The translations under genes were made by a program, and so were the position numbers. From an uncultured Victivallales bacterium (lineage in GTDB: Bacteria; Verrucomicrobiota; Lentisphaeria; Victivallales; GWF2-45-14): a stretch of DNA of 64,000 nucleotides. The notes below the pieces were generated by a model that worked only from the letters and a program-made list of their open reading frames with translations, was not told where the DNA came from and ran no database searches. This document shows positions 34,253 to 44,536 of this stretch, in pieces; the first letter of the stretch is position 1, and each line of letters begins with the position of its first letter. The stretch spans positions 63-64,062 of the forward strand of contig CAZYVR010000002.1 of NCBI GenBank assembly GCA_964651145.1, in the 5' to 3' direction.

Positions 34253-36151
34253 ATGTCGGAGAAGACTAAGAAATTTAAGACAGAGGTTCAGCGTTTGCTG
34301 GACCTTATGATACATTCGCTTTATTCAAATAAAGACATTTTCCTGAGAGAACTGATTGCCAACTCTGCGGATGCCGTGGACAAGGCGCGCTTTGAATCCA
34401 TTCAGAATCCTGAAATGGCGGTCGACTGGGAAATAAGGATTGAAGCCGACAAGGAACGCAATACAATAAAAATCAGCGACAACGGCATAGGCATGACCGA
34501 GGCGGAAGTTGTTGACAATATCGGCACAATCGCCAAATCAGGCACTAAGGCTTTTCTGGACGCTCTTGAGAAAAAAGACGTAAAAGACTCGCCGGAGCTT
34601 GTCGGTCAGTTCGGAGTTGGGTTTTATTCCGCTTTTATGGTTTCCGACAAGGTCGAGTTGGTCACAAAAAAGGCTGGAAGCGACGAGAAGGCTGTGCGTT
34701 GGGAATCTGACGGAAAGTCAAGCTATACCATTGATGAGGCGACCAAAGAAGGGCAGGGCACTACTATTCTGATTCATCTCAAGGAAGACATGAAGTCTTA
34801 TCTTGAAGACTGGAAAATCAAGCAGATAGTAAAGAAGTATTCCGATTTTATTGAGTATCCCATAAAGATGTCCGTCACTAAAAAAGAGGACGGAGCCGAT
34901 GTCACTGAAGATGAGATACTGAACTCTCAGAAAGCAATATGGCTGCGCAACCCGTCCGACATCACCGAGGAGGAATACAAGCAGTTTTATTCTTATCTTG
35001 CGCATTTTGATTCCGAGCCTCTTAAGCATATTCATTATTCAGCCGAAGGCACATCCGAATTCCGGGCCCTTGTTTATCTGCCGACTAAAGCTCCTTTTGA
35101 CATGGCTATGCCTGATGAGCGCAAGAAAGGCTTGCATCTTTACGTAAGGCGGGTGTTTATTTCGGATTCATGCCCCGGGCTTCTTCCTGATTATCTGCGC
35201 TTTGTTCAAGGCGTGGTTGATTCCAGCGACTTGCCTCTGAACATATCCCGTGAATTATTGCAGGATAATCCTTTAATAAAGAAAATCAACAAAAATTTAG
35301 TTGCCAAGATTCTGAGCGAGCTTAAGAAGCTTCAGAGCAAATCTCGCGACGAGTATGTTTCATTTTTCAAGGAGTTTGGCCGCGTTTTTAAAGAGGGCGC
35401 CCATTCTGATTTTGCGAACAAGGAAAAGCTTCAAAATCTTGTCTTGTTTGAAAGCATGAACCATGAGGCCGGAGAGCTGATTTCTCTCAAAGAATATTGC
35501 GCCGCAATGCCTGAAGGGCAGAAAGAGATTTATTATATCATTGGCGAAAGCAGAAATGTGCTTGAAAATTCTCCTCATCTTGAATTGTTGAAGAGCAAAG
35601 GCTTCGATGTCCTTTTTATGACCGACCCCATTGATGAGTGGGTTACTCAATCCATAATGGAGTACGATGGCAAGAAGATGAGAGCGGCCGGCAAAGGCGA
35701 GATCGAACTTGATGAAGAAAGCAAAGAAGAAGCCGAAAAGAAAACTAAAAAGGCGGACAAGGAGCACAAAAAACTGGTTGAGGCCATGAAAAAAGCTCTG
35801 GAGAGCAAGGTTAAGGATGTGCGCTTCTCCAAGCGTCTTACCGACAGCGCATGTTGTCTTGTTAGCGACGAATTTGATCCAAGCGCCCATATGGAGCGCC
35901 TTTTCAAAGCAATGAATCAGACAATGCCCGCGACCAAGCGCATTCTGGAGCTTAATCCTGACCATCCCTTGATTGCCGGACTGCAACAGGTGTTTGACAA
36001 ATCTTCTGAGAATCCTAGAATATCGGAATATGCGGAGTTGTTATACGATCAGGCTTTGCTTACTGAAGGCAGCCCTATTCCCGATCCGCTTAGCTTTTCC
36101 AAGCGAATAGCTTCGCTTATGGTTGCGGAGATCAAGCAGGAAGTTGAATAA
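34253..36151 (+). CDS. htpG: Molecular chaperone HtpG (Hsp90)
   Basis: [67 protein letters not shown]; AAGGAG RBS. Confidence 0.97.
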   Translation: MSEKTKKFKTEVQRLLDLMIHSLYSNKDIFLRELIANSADAVDKARFESIQNPEMAVDWEIRIEADKERNTIKISDNGIGMTEAEVVDNIGTIAKSGTKAFLDALEKKDVKDSPELVGQFGVGFYSAFMVSDKVELVTKKAGSDEKAVRWESDGKSSYTIDEATKEGQGTTILIHLKEDMKSYLEDWKIKQIVKKYSDFIEYPIKMSVTKKEDGADVTEDEILNSQKAIWLRNPSDITEEEYKQFYSYLAHFDSEPLKHIHYSAEGTSEFRALVYLPTKAPFDMAMPDERKKGLHLYVRRVFISDSCPGLLPDYLRFVQGVVDSSDLPLNISRELLQDNPLIKKINKNLVAKILSELKKLQSKSRDEYVSFFKEFGRVFKEGAHSDFANKEKLQNLVLFESMNHEAGELISLKEYCAAMPEGQKEIYYIIGESRNVLENSPHLELLKSKGFDVLFMTDPIDEWVTQSIMEYDGKKMRAAGKGEIELDEESKEEAEKKTKKADKEHKKLVEAMKKALESKVKDVRFSKRLTDSACCLVSDEFDPSAHMERLFKAMNQTMPATKRILELNPDHPLIAGLQQVFDKSSENPRISEYAELLYDQALLTEGSPIPDPLSFSKRIASLMVAEIKQEVE

Positions 36152-36175
36152 AGCGTAAATTCAGCAAATTGCTTG

Positions 36176-36214
36176 TTGACAAAATATCTTAGGCAGTTTA
36201 CTATATTATATAGT
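36176..36214 (+). promoter_or_regulatory. Sigma70 promoter of nifU-nifS with an overlapping near-palindrome
   Basis: TTGACA(36176)-N17-TACTAT; actatattatatagt near-palindrome over the -10 box. Confidence 0.55.
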
Positions 36215-36273
36215 TTACAAATTCTATAAGGATTGCAGGTTTTAGGGTAATCCGAAATCAGGAGGTTGCGCTT

Positions 36274-37137
36274 ATGTGGGATTATACAGAAAAAGTGATG
36301 GACCATTTTCTCCATCCGAGAAATGTTGGCGAAATAGAAAAAGCCGACGCGGTGGGTGAAGTTGGAAATATTTCTTGCGGCGATGCTCTAACGCTTTATT
36401 TGAAGGTGGATGAGAATGAGAAGATCATTGACGCCAAGTTTAAGACTTTTGGCTGCGCGAGCGCTATTGCGTCATCTTCCGCGCTTACTGAAATAGTAAT
36501 GGGCAAGACTTTGGATGAAGCGTCAAAAATAACCAACAAGGATATCGTTAAAGTTCTTGGGGATCTTCCCGAGGAAAAATTGCATTGTTCTGTGATGGGA
36601 ATGGAGGCTCTTGAAGCGGCCATTGCTGATTATCGCGGAGAAGCGATTCCGGGTCAGGATCATGAAGGCGACCATGAAGGCAGAATAGTTTGCAAATGTT
36701 TTGGAGTGACAGACACCAAGATCAAGCGAGTTGCCAAAGAAAATGATATTCATACAGTTGAAGGCGTGACTAATTATTGCAAGGCTGGCGGCGCATGCGG
36801 CACTTGTTTGGATCAAATACAGGAAATTCTTGACGGGCTCTGGAGAAGGAGCGCCTCGGATTCTCAGCAGGAAGCAAAGCCTGAATCTGACTTTGACAGT
36901 CTTCCCATAATCAAGAAAGCTATTAAAGTTCAGGAAGTCATAGATAAAGAAATAAGGCCGATTCTTGAAAAAGACGGCGGCAGCATTGAGCTAGTGGATA
37001 TCAGGGGCAGCATCGTTCAGGTGCGCTTGAAAGGGCGTTGCTCGACATGTCCCACAGCGCATGTAACTTTGAAGCATACAGTGGAAGACAAAATCCGGGA
37101 GTTTGTGTCTCCTTCTTTAAAAGTGGAAAGCGTTTAG
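36274..37137 (+). CDS. nifU: Three-domain Fe-S scaffold protein NifU
   Basis: IscU-like domain (CGD, FGCASA, KLHCS); BFD-like CKCF..AGGACGTC; Nfu domain DGGSIEL..GRCSTC. Confidence 0.95.
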   Translation: MWDYTEKVMDHFLHPRNVGEIEKADAVGEVGNISCGDALTLYLKVDENEKIIDAKFKTFGCASAIASSSALTEIVMGKTLDEASKITNKDIVKVLGDLPEEKLHCSVMGMEALEAAIADYRGEAIPGQDHEGDHEGRIVCKCFGVTDTKIKRVAKENDIHTVEGVTNYCKAGGACGTCLDQIQEILDGLWRRSASDSQQEAKPESDFDSLPIIKKAIKVQEVIDKEIRPILEKDGGSIELVDIRGSIVQVRLKGRCSTCPTAHVTLKHTVEDKIREFVSPSLKVESV

Positions 37138-37139
37138 GC

Positions 37140-38312
37140 ATGTCGGATAATATAAAAAAAACAGTGTACGTCGACAACAATGCAACTACTGCTGTCGCTC
37201 CTGAAGTTTTTGAGGCCATGCGTCCATTTCTGACGGAGATGTACGGCAATCCTTCAAGCATTTATTCTTTTGGCGGGCAAGTGGCAAAGCATATAGAAGA
37301 AGCCAGGGCGCGCCTTGCCTCTCTGTTGGGAGTTAACGAGCGCGAGGTTATTTTTACAAGTTGCGCGACGGAAAGCGACAATGCCGCGATTTTTAGCTCT
37401 TTGCATGCTTGTCCAAAGAAAGACAAAATAGTTCTTTCTAAGGTTGAGCATCCTGCTGTCCTGAATGTTGGCAAAGAGCTTGAGAGAAGGGGATATCGTG
37501 TTAGCTATGTTCCGGTGGATTCTCATGGACGGCTCGACATGGACAGTCTGGCGGAAAGCGTTGACGACAGCACTGCTGTGGTTTCGGTGATGTGGGCAAA
37601 CAACGAGACAGGCAATATTTACCCGGTTGAAAAGATTGCCGAAGTGGCGCATCGTCACGGGGCTTTGTTTCATTCCGACGCCGTTCAGGCGGTTGGGAAA
37701 ATTCCTTTGAATCTTTCGGAAATGCCCATAGACATGCTTAGTTTGTCCGGGCATAAACTGCATGCGCCCAAAGGTGTTGGGGCTTTGTTTGTTAAGCGCG
37801 GAGTTCGTTTCCGTCCTTTCTTCATAGGGGGGCATCAGGAGCGCGGACGTCGCGGGGGCACTGAAAACGTGGCTGGCATTGTGGCTCTTGGCAAAGCCGC
37901 CGAGCTTGCCGAAAAAGAGATGGCTGACGACAATTCGAGGATCAAGGCGCTGCGCGACCGTTTGGAGAAAGGCATTCTTGAGCGGATTCCGGTTGTCAGG
38001 ATCAATGGAGATGTGGAGCATCGCTTGCCAAACACCTCTAATATCAGTTTTGAGTTGATCGAAGGCGAGTCTATTTTGCTTTTGCTTGATCAATTGGGGA
38101 TTTGCGCCTCCAGCGGCAGCGCTTGCACCACCGGAAGCCTGGAGCCTTCGCACGTATTAAGAGCCATGGGCTTGCCGCTTACGGCGGCTCACGGCGCTGT
38201 AAGATTCAGCTTCTCGCGCTTTAACACTCAGGAAGAAGTCGACTATATCCTTGAGTATTTGCCTGGAATAGTGCAGCGTTTGCGCAGTTACTCCCCTTTT
38301 TGGAAAGAGTAG
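37140..38312 (+). CDS. nifS: Cysteine desulfurase NifS
   Basis: YVDNNATT, GNPSS, HPAV, NNETG, DAVQAVGK, LSGHKLHAPKG (PLP Lys), SSGSACT (catalytic Cys). Confidence 0.95.
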   Translation: MSDNIKKTVYVDNNATTAVAPEVFEAMRPFLTEMYGNPSSIYSFGGQVAKHIEEARARLASLLGVNEREVIFTSCATESDNAAIFSSLHACPKKDKIVLSKVEHPAVLNVGKELERRGYRVSYVPVDSHGRLDMDSLAESVDDSTAVVSVMWANNETGNIYPVEKIAEVAHRHGALFHSDAVQAVGKIPLNLSEMPIDMLSLSGHKLHAPKGVGALFVKRGVRFRPFFIGGHQERGRRGGTENVAGIVALGKAAELAEKEMADDNSRIKALRDRLEKGILERIPVVRINGDVEHRLPNTSNISFELIEGESILLLLDQLGICASSGSACTTGSLEPSHVLRAMGLPLTAAHGAVRFSFSRFNTQEEVDYILEYLPGIVQRLRSYSPFWKE

Positions 38313-38460
38313 CCTGACGGACCGCAAATAAATTTTATCTGCTACTTTACTGGATTTTTTCCATAATATGGCTATATTACTCTTTTAAGTTTGTTTATAA
38401 TAGAAGATAAATAATATATAATGAAGAATAGCAAAAGAGCTAAGAAAGGGAGTAACACCA

Positions 38461-39561
38461 ATGGCTGAAGTTGTAATAAAGGATGTGTGCAAAATCTATG
38501 ATGGCGGAGTCAAAGCGGTTGACAATTGCAGTTTGCATATACAAGACCGTGAATTTATGGTTTTAGTAGGCCCTTCGGGTTGCGGCAAATCAACGACTTT
38601 AAGAATGGTTGCCGGACTTGAGGAAATTACCAGCGGAACTGTGAGTATTGGCGAGCGCATTATTAATGACGTGCCTCCCAAGGACAGAGACATTGCCATG
38701 GTTTTCCAGAATTATGCTCTTTATCCGCACATGAGCGTTTACGACAATATGGCTTTTGGTCTTAAATTGCGCAAATTTAAAAAAGCCGACATTGCCAAGC
38801 GCGTCGGCGACGCTGCTGAGATCCTGGGCATCAAAGATTACTTGCATCGTCGTCCAAAGGCTCTTTCCGGCGGTCAGCGCCAGCGCGTTGCCGTTGGCCG
38901 CGCGATTGTCCGCAAGCCTGAAGCTTTTCTCTTTGACGAACCTCTTTCAAACCTTGACGCTAAAATGCGCGTTCAGATGCGCACAGAAATAAGCAAATTG
39001 CATACTCGTCTTGAAACGACTATGCTTTATGTTACTCATGACCAGGTGGAAGCCATGACTATGGGCGACCGCATCTGTGTGATGAAGGACGGCCTTATTC
39101 AGCAGGTTGCGGATCCGCTGTCTCTTTACGATTCACCCGTAAATGTGTTTGTTGCTGGTTTTATCGGGACTCCTCCGATGAACTTCTTCTACGGAGACTT
39201 GCAGAAGAAAGATGGCAAGCTTGTTTTCTGTGAAGAAACTTTTGAGGTTCCTATGCTTGAGGAGTGGAAAGAAAAACTCGAGCCTTACATAGGCAAGAAG
39301 ATCGTTTTCGGCTCGCGTCCGGAAGACCTTGGCTCTGACCAGGCTGAAAACGCTGGAAATATGCCTAAAATTAAGGCTAAGATTGAAGTCACAGAGCCTA
39401 TGGGAAGCGAGACTTATTTGTATCTTAACACTGGAAGCCAGTCTTTTATTTCACGCGTTGAAGCTCATCGCGCCGCTCAAGTGAATGAAAACATCGAGCT
39501 TAGCGTTTTCTTGCCGAAGGCGCATATATTTGATGGCGAGACTGAAAAGGTTATTGTATAA
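38461..39561 (+). CDS. Sugar ABC transporter ATP-binding protein (MalK/MsmX/UgpC family)
   Basis: GPSGCGKST, VFQNYALYPHM, LSGGQRQRVAVGRA, DEPLSNLDAK, VTHDQVEAMT, FVAGFIG.P.MN; TOBE-type C-terminus. Confidence 0.95.
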   Translation: MAEVVIKDVCKIYDGGVKAVDNCSLHIQDREFMVLVGPSGCGKSTTLRMVAGLEEITSGTVSIGERIINDVPPKDRDIAMVFQNYALYPHMSVYDNMAFGLKLRKFKKADIAKRVGDAAEILGIKDYLHRRPKALSGGQRQRVAVGRAIVRKPEAFLFDEPLSNLDAKMRVQMRTEISKLHTRLETTMLYVTHDQVEAMTMGDRICVMKDGLIQQVADPLSLYDSPVNVFVAGFIGTPPMNFFYGDLQKKDGKLVFCEETFEVPMLEEWKEKLEPYIGKKIVFGSRPEDLGSDQAENAGNMPKIKAKIEVTEPMGSETYLYLNTGSQSFISRVEAHRAAQVNENIELSVFLPKAHIFDGETEKVIV

Positions 39562-39645
39562 CCTCGACTATGATTGTTTTTTCCGGTTCTTGCGCCGGAG
39601 TGTTCTTTTAAATAATTTCAAGACGTGTGTTCTTGAATTTGTATG

Positions 39646-39786
39646 AATCTTCAGGGCAAGGTGATCCTATGCTATTTGGCAAAGGAAATTCCTGACCGGC
39701 GGTAAAAGTCCGCGAGTCCTCATAAATATGAGGACTGATATGGTGAAACTCCATAACCGACAGTATAGTCTGGATGAAAGAAGATT
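39646..39786 (+). ncRNA. FMN riboswitch (RFN element)
   Basis: AATCTTCAGGGCAAGGTGA..AATTCCTGACCGGCGGTA..AGTCCGCGAG..TGATATGGTGAAACTCCATAACCGACAGTATAGTCTGGATGAAAGAAGATT upstream of ribBA. Confidence 0.95.
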
Positions 39787-39819
39787 GAGCCGTTTTTTGC
39801 GGCTATGTTTTTTTTTGCG

Positions 39820-39849
39820 GCCCCGGAGATTATCCGGGGCTTTTTTTTT
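39820..39849 (+). terminator. Riboswitch-associated intrinsic terminator
   Basis: gccccgga-gatta-tccggggc followed by T9; a second hairpin agccg/cggct plus T run at 39788-39816. Confidence 0.85.
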
Positions 39850-39870
39850 GTAAAAATATGGAGAGATGAC

Positions 39871-41067
39871 ATGGCTGTGAATTTTGATCCGATTGAAGAT
39901 GTTATTGACGCTGTAAAACGCGGCGAACAGGTGGTGATCACTGATGATGAAAACAGGGAAAACGAAGGCGATCTGATAGTTGCCGCGTCAAAGGCCACCC
40001 CTGAGACTGTTAACTTCATGGCGACGCACGGACGGGGACTGATTTGTGTCCCAATAACGGAGAAGCGGGGCAAAAAATTGAATTTGGGCGATATGGCTTC
40101 GCTTGACGACCCTTTTAAGACTGCTTTTACTGAAAGCATTGACGCCAAAGAAGGCGTAAGCACTGGCATTTCAGCGTTTGATCGCTCGAAGACTATATCA
40201 GCCATAATTGATCCTGATTCGACAAGAAGCGACTTTGTTTCTCCGGGCCATTTGTTTCCGCTGATAGCAAGGCCGGGCGGCGTCCTGCAAAGAGCCGGGC
40301 ATACCGAGGCCGCAGTTGATTTGGCTCGCTTGGGCGGGCTTTATCCGGCTGGCGTGATTTGCGAAATAATGAACGACGATGGCACAATGGCGCGTGTGCC
40401 GGAGCTGGACGAATTCCGGAAAAAACACGGTCTGAAATGGGGATGCATTGCTGACCTTATCGCTTACAGAAGAAAAAATGAACGACTTGTCAAGCTCGAA
40501 CAATCCACCCGCCTGCCAACCAGGCATGGAGAATTCAAGCTATGCCTTTACAAAACTATGATTGACGACAAAGAGCACCTTGCTCTTGTTTGCGGCGAAG
40601 TGGAGGGAAAGGAAAATGTTCTGGTAAGAGTTCATAGCGAATGCCTTACGGGCGACGTGTTTTCTTCCGCGCGCTGCGATTGCGGCGATCAGCTGGAAAA
40701 AGCCATGAGCATGGTTCAGGCGGAAGGATGCGGCGTTATTGTTTATATGCGTCAGGAGGGCAGGGGGATCGGCCTTGGAAATAAAATTCACGCATACCGG
40801 CTTCAGGACGAGGGCCTTGACACAGTGGAGGCAAATGAGCGCCTTGGATTTTCAGCCGATCTCAGAGAGTACGGCATCGGCGCGCAGATACTTCTGGACC
40901 TCGGAGTCAAAAGCATAAGACTGTTGACTAATAATCCCAAAAAAGTAGTTGGCATAGACGGTTATGGATTGAAAATAAACGAAAGAACGCCTATTGTCAT
41001 TCCACCCGTGGAGCATAACAAGAAATATTTGTCCACGAAGAAAGAAAAATTAGGGCATATACTTTAA
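39871..41067 (+). CDS. ribBA: Bifunctional DHBP synthase / GTP cyclohydrolase II
   Basis: [31 protein letters not shown]; [30 protein letters not shown]. Confidence 0.97.
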   Translation: MAVNFDPIEDVIDAVKRGEQVVITDDENRENEGDLIVAASKATPETVNFMATHGRGLICVPITEKRGKKLNLGDMASLDDPFKTAFTESIDAKEGVSTGISAFDRSKTISAIIDPDSTRSDFVSPGHLFPLIARPGGVLQRAGHTEAAVDLARLGGLYPAGVICEIMNDDGTMARVPELDEFRKKHGLKWGCIADLIAYRRKNERLVKLEQSTRLPTRHGEFKLCLYKTMIDDKEHLALVCGEVEGKENVLVRVHSECLTGDVFSSARCDCGDQLEKAMSMVQAEGCGVIVYMRQEGRGIGLGNKIHAYRLQDEGLDTVEANERLGFSADLREYGIGAQILLDLGVKSIRLLTNNPKKVVGIDGYGLKINERTPIVIPPVEHNKKYLSTKKEKLGHIL

Positions 41068-41120
41068 TTTAAAGAAAAGCTTTTCGGGTAAAATTTTTTT
41101 AAAATTATGGAGATATTATA

Positions 41121-41606
41121 ATGAATAAAACAGTTAAAAACGTATATGAAGGCCATATGGATGCCAAAGGATTGCGTTTTGCCATAGCGTGCGGAAGATT
41201 CAACGCATTCTTTGTCGGAAAGTTGCTTGAAGGAGCTGTCGACGTTGTTGTTCGCCATGGCGGAAAAAGCGATGACATTGATGTTGTTTGGGTTCCCGGC
41301 GCCTATGAGCTGCCGTTTGTGATAAAAAAATTGGCGGACTCTGGCAAATATGACGCGGTAATGGCTTTGGGTGTTGTTATTCAAGGCGCTACTCCGCATG
41401 CGGGATATATCAACAGCGAAGTGTCAAAATGCATAGCGCAGATAGGTCTTGATACAGGCGTGCCTACGCTTTACGGTCTTGTGACGGCCGACAATATTGA
41501 GCAGGCGATTGAGCGTAGCGGCACAAAAGCAGGCAATAAAGGCGGGGACGCTGCTATGGCGGCTATCGAAATGGCTAATTTGAACAGGGTCCTTCCCGGA
41601 AAATAA
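41121..41606 (+). CDS. ribH: 6,7-dimethyl-8-ribityllumazine synthase
   Basis: [27 protein letters not shown]. Confidence 0.97.
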   Translation: MNKTVKNVYEGHMDAKGLRFAIACGRFNAFFVGKLLEGAVDVVVRHGGKSDDIDVVWVPGAYELPFVIKKLADSGKYDAVMALGVVIQGATPHAGYINSEVSKCIAQIGLDTGVPTLYGLVTADNIEQAIERSGTKAGNKGGDAAMAAIEMANLNRVLPGK

Positions 41607-41618
41607 GTTGAACGCAAT

Positions 41619-42122
41619 ATGATCCCTATTCAGAAAGACAGTAATAGACAAAAAGCGCCCATGCACTATAAGCGTTTGGGTATAGAGTTTGCAATGCAGT
41701 TTCTTTTTCAGAACGACATGAGCAAACTGACGTTGCCTCAGGCTCTTGAAGCCTTTTGGGAGCAGGCTGAAGCTTCCGGAGCTTTTGCCGACCCAAAAAG
41801 TTTTAGGAGAGGCAAAAGGTATGCAGTGAAAATTATTGAAGGAGCGGTTGCCAATCTTGAGCAAATTGACCGCGTCATTGTCGAATTCTCCGACAAGTGG
41901 GATATTAAAAGAATGGCGTGCGTTGACAGAAACATACTGAGGGTTGCTGTGTACGAGATGCAGTTTTGTCCCGACATACCGCCTGTGGTCAGCATTGACG
42001 AGGCAGTTGGAATAGCGGAAGAGTTTAGCTCTGAAAAGGCAGGAACCTTTATTAACGGGATTCTTAACGGCATAAAGGACAGCTTGGATCGACCGCCGAG
42101 GGAGGCTGTTGAAAAAATATGA
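41619..42122 (+). CDS. nusB: Transcription antitermination factor NusB
   Basis: WDIKRMACVDRNILRVAVYE, PPVVSIDEAV, FINGIL; conserved ribH-nusB order. Confidence 0.93.
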   Translation: MIPIQKDSNRQKAPMHYKRLGIEFAMQFLFQNDMSKLTLPQALEAFWEQAEASGAFADPKSFRRGKRYAVKIIEGAVANLEQIDRVIVEFSDKWDIKRMACVDRNILRVAVYEMQFCPDIPPVVSIDEAVGIAEEFSSEKAGTFINGILNGIKDSLDRPPREAVEKI

Positions 42123-43078
42123 AATCTTTGTTTTCAATATTTAAAAAAGGCCTTCAGAAGACTTCCGTTTCTTTGACAAGGTCCATTGAAAGCATCTTTA
42201 AAAGCGCTGACAAGTGGACTGACGAGACATACGAGGAGCTCGAAGCCGCTTTGATTGCCGCAGATTTCGGGGTGGAGGTAAGCATGCGTATTGTGGACGA
42301 TGTCCGCAACCGCTATTCGCACGGCGAAATCTGCACTGGCGAAGACATTCTTGTCAACGCTCATAACGACATTTGCTTCATACTGGAAAAAAATCTGCGG
42401 CCCATAAATTTTCAAAATGACAAGTTGACCGTGATTATGATGGTCGGCGTTAATGGAAGCGGCAAAACAACCACATCCGGGAAGCTTGCTTCCATGTGGA
42501 CTCAGGACGGCAAAAAAGTGGTTCTGGCTGCATGCGACACTTTCAGGGCGGCGGCTGTCGAGCAGCTTCAGCTTTGGGGCAAAAAAACCGGATGCCATGT
42601 GACTTCCGCGAAACAGGGTGCCGACCCTTCTTCTGTCGCTTATGACGCGGTCGAGTCAGCTCTGGCGCGAGGCGCGGATATCTTGTTGCTTGACACTGCC
42701 GGACGTCAGCACAACAAAAAAGGCCTGATGGATGAGTTGTCAAAAATGCGCAGAACTGTCGACAAGGTATATCCGGGCGCTCCTCACGAGGTCTGGCTTA
42801 CCATTGATTCCAGCATTGGAACAAATGCTTTTCTTCAGGCGAGGGAGTTCTCCAAGGCTTCCGGCGTCTCGGGGCTTATTTTGACCAAGTTGGACGGCAC
42901 TGGAAAAGGCGGCATTGCTGTTGCAATCCAAGAGAAATTTGATTTGCCGGTCTTTTTTGTGGGACTGGGAGAACAACCGGAAGATCTTCAGCCTTTCAAT
43001 CCTGTGTTTTACGCGCATGCTCTTTTTGGCGAAGGCGTGGTTGCCGACAGGATGAAGAAGGAAGCCGACGCAAAGTAA
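42119..43078 (+). CDS. ftsY: Signal recognition particle receptor FtsY
   Basis: GVNGSGKTTT, DTFRAAA, DTAGR, TKLDGTGKGG, GLGE..DL.PF. Confidence 0.96.
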   Translation: MKSLFSIFKKGLQKTSVSLTRSIESIFKSADKWTDETYEELEAALIAADFGVEVSMRIVDDVRNRYSHGEICTGEDILVNAHNDICFILEKNLRPINFQNDKLTVIMMVGVNGSGKTTTSGKLASMWTQDGKKVVLAACDTFRAAAVEQLQLWGKKTGCHVTSAKQGADPSSVAYDAVESALARGADILLLDTAGRQHNKKGLMDELSKMRRTVDKVYPGAPHEVWLTIDSSIGTNAFLQAREFSKASGVSGLILTKLDGTGKGGIAVAIQEKFDLPVFFVGLGEQPEDLQPFNPVFYAHALFGEGVVADRMKKEADAK

Positions 43079-43177
43079 ATTATTCCGGCTTTGTGTTTTA
43101 TAATGTTATTACGTATTTGAATAATATAACAGACAATGTTAATTTCTTTATTAATGCTTACAACTACGAGGGGATAT

Positions 43178-44533
43178 ATGAAAAAGACAGCTTTTTTGTT
43201 TGTTTGTGTTTTTGCCTTTCTTGCGGGAGCAATTGCCTTTGCTCAAGATGAAAAATCATCGAATATCGCTGAGCTTGACGGCATGCTTGACAAAGAAGGA
43301 AAGATTTTTGAAACAAAAGCCGACGATTTTATAACCAAAGACAGGCGCATATTTTTCAAGTGGAATTCGGCGCAAAAAGAGAATGCCCGGGCTCCGGCTT
43401 ATAAAAACACGCCTGATATGAAATTATTTGGCTTCAGAGTTTGGGAGTGTCTTGTTCGTTTCAAAGATGGACAGCTCTCCAAGTTTTGCTATTACCTGTA
43501 TAATCGCGGCGACGCAGGCTCCATAACCAATGAGCGCTTTAAAATCATGCTGAAGGAGATTAAAGCTAAAGTCGGCGAATGGACAGGCGCGGAAGGCGGG
43601 CAGATCCGCAAGAAAAAAGTAAACAGAAATATTGCATATAGTCAGAGCTGGACAAATGATGAATTTGTCTTTGCACTCAAGTGGAGCTCTTCAGGAAAAA
43701 GGAGCGCGTCTCGTCCCGAGTATATAAAACTTGTTGTGTCTAAGTTTGACGCCGATGTTAAAAAGGGCAAGTCGGGAAGGGTCAAAGTCGCTCAAAAAGA
43801 AGATCTCAAAGCAAATATCATAAAAAATGAACAAGGCGATGTCTATATTAAAGATATTCCCATGGTGGATCAGGGCGCCAAAGGCTACTGTGCTGTGGCT
43901 ACCACCGAAAGAATCTTGAGATATTATGGCTTGGATGTCGATCAACATCAGATTGCGCAGTTAGCCGACTCTTCCGCCTCCGGCGGCACTAGCAGGCTCG
44001 AAATGCTTAAAGCCTTAAAGAAAGCTGGCACCAAATTCAGGATAAAGATTAAAGAATTGCAGGATGATAACAGTTTTGACTCTTGGGGCAATTTTAAGAA
44101 GTTTATTAAGAAATATAATAAATTTGCAAAAAAAGCAGATGTGACTCAATTTAATCCTAAACAGGCTGTGAGCGGAAATAAGTATTCCCCTAATGTTTTT
44201 GTGCAGTCAGTTGATTATGAATTTTATAAGAAAACCAAGCTGACCGACAAAGGCGGATTCAAGCGTTTTAAGAAAAATATACATAAATTTATAGGTATGG
44301 GGGTTCCCCTTGCATGGAGTCTTATGACTGGAGTATATAAAGATCCCAGCATTCCACAGCAATCAATAAGCGGGCATATGCGCCTTATCATAGGTTACAA
44401 TGATAAAGAGGGCGAAATTATATTTTCGGATTCATGGGGGGCCAAGCATGCCTTCAAAAAAATGAAATATGAAGATGCCTGGACAATCACCACTGGAACT
44501 TTGTATTTTCTTCCAAGAAAAAATCGCCGCTGA
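43178..44533 (+). CDS. Secreted protein with a C39-like papain-fold peptidase domain
   Basis: Signal peptide; VDQG.KGYC..AT.ER.LRYYG (Gln/Cys), GHMRLIIGYN (His), FSDSWG (Asp). Confidence 0.7.
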   Translation: MKKTAFLFVCVFAFLAGAIAFAQDEKSSNIAELDGMLDKEGKIFETKADDFITKDRRIFFKWNSAQKENARAPAYKNTPDMKLFGFRVWECLVRFKDGQLSKFCYYLYNRGDAGSITNERFKIMLKEIKAKVGEWTGAEGGQIRKKKVNRNIAYSQSWTNDEFVFALKWSSSGKRSASRPEYIKLVVSKFDADVKKGKSGRVKVAQKEDLKANIIKNEQGDVYIKDIPMVDQGAKGYCAVATTERILRYYGLDVDQHQIAQLADSSASGGTSRLEMLKALKKAGTKFRIKIKELQDDNSFDSWGNFKKFIKKYNKFAKKADVTQFNPKQAVSGNKYSPNVFVQSVDYEFYKKTKLTDKGGFKRFKKNIHKFIGMGVPLAWSLMTGVYKDPSIPQQSISGHMRLIIGYNDKEGEIIFSDSWGAKHAFKKMKYEDAWTITTGTLYFLPRKNRR

Positions 44534-44536
44534 TAT

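Noticed and set aside
35360-38153. Long antisense ORFs (35360..35986 and 37254..38153) and the many other shadow ORFs in the track
   Set aside because: They lie opposite well-supported genes (htpG, nifS, etc.), have no motifs, and are explained by codon bias
36274-38312. Nitrogen-fixation gene cluster
   Set aside because: Only the nifU/nifS Fe-S assembly genes are present; no nitrogenase structural or cofactor genes
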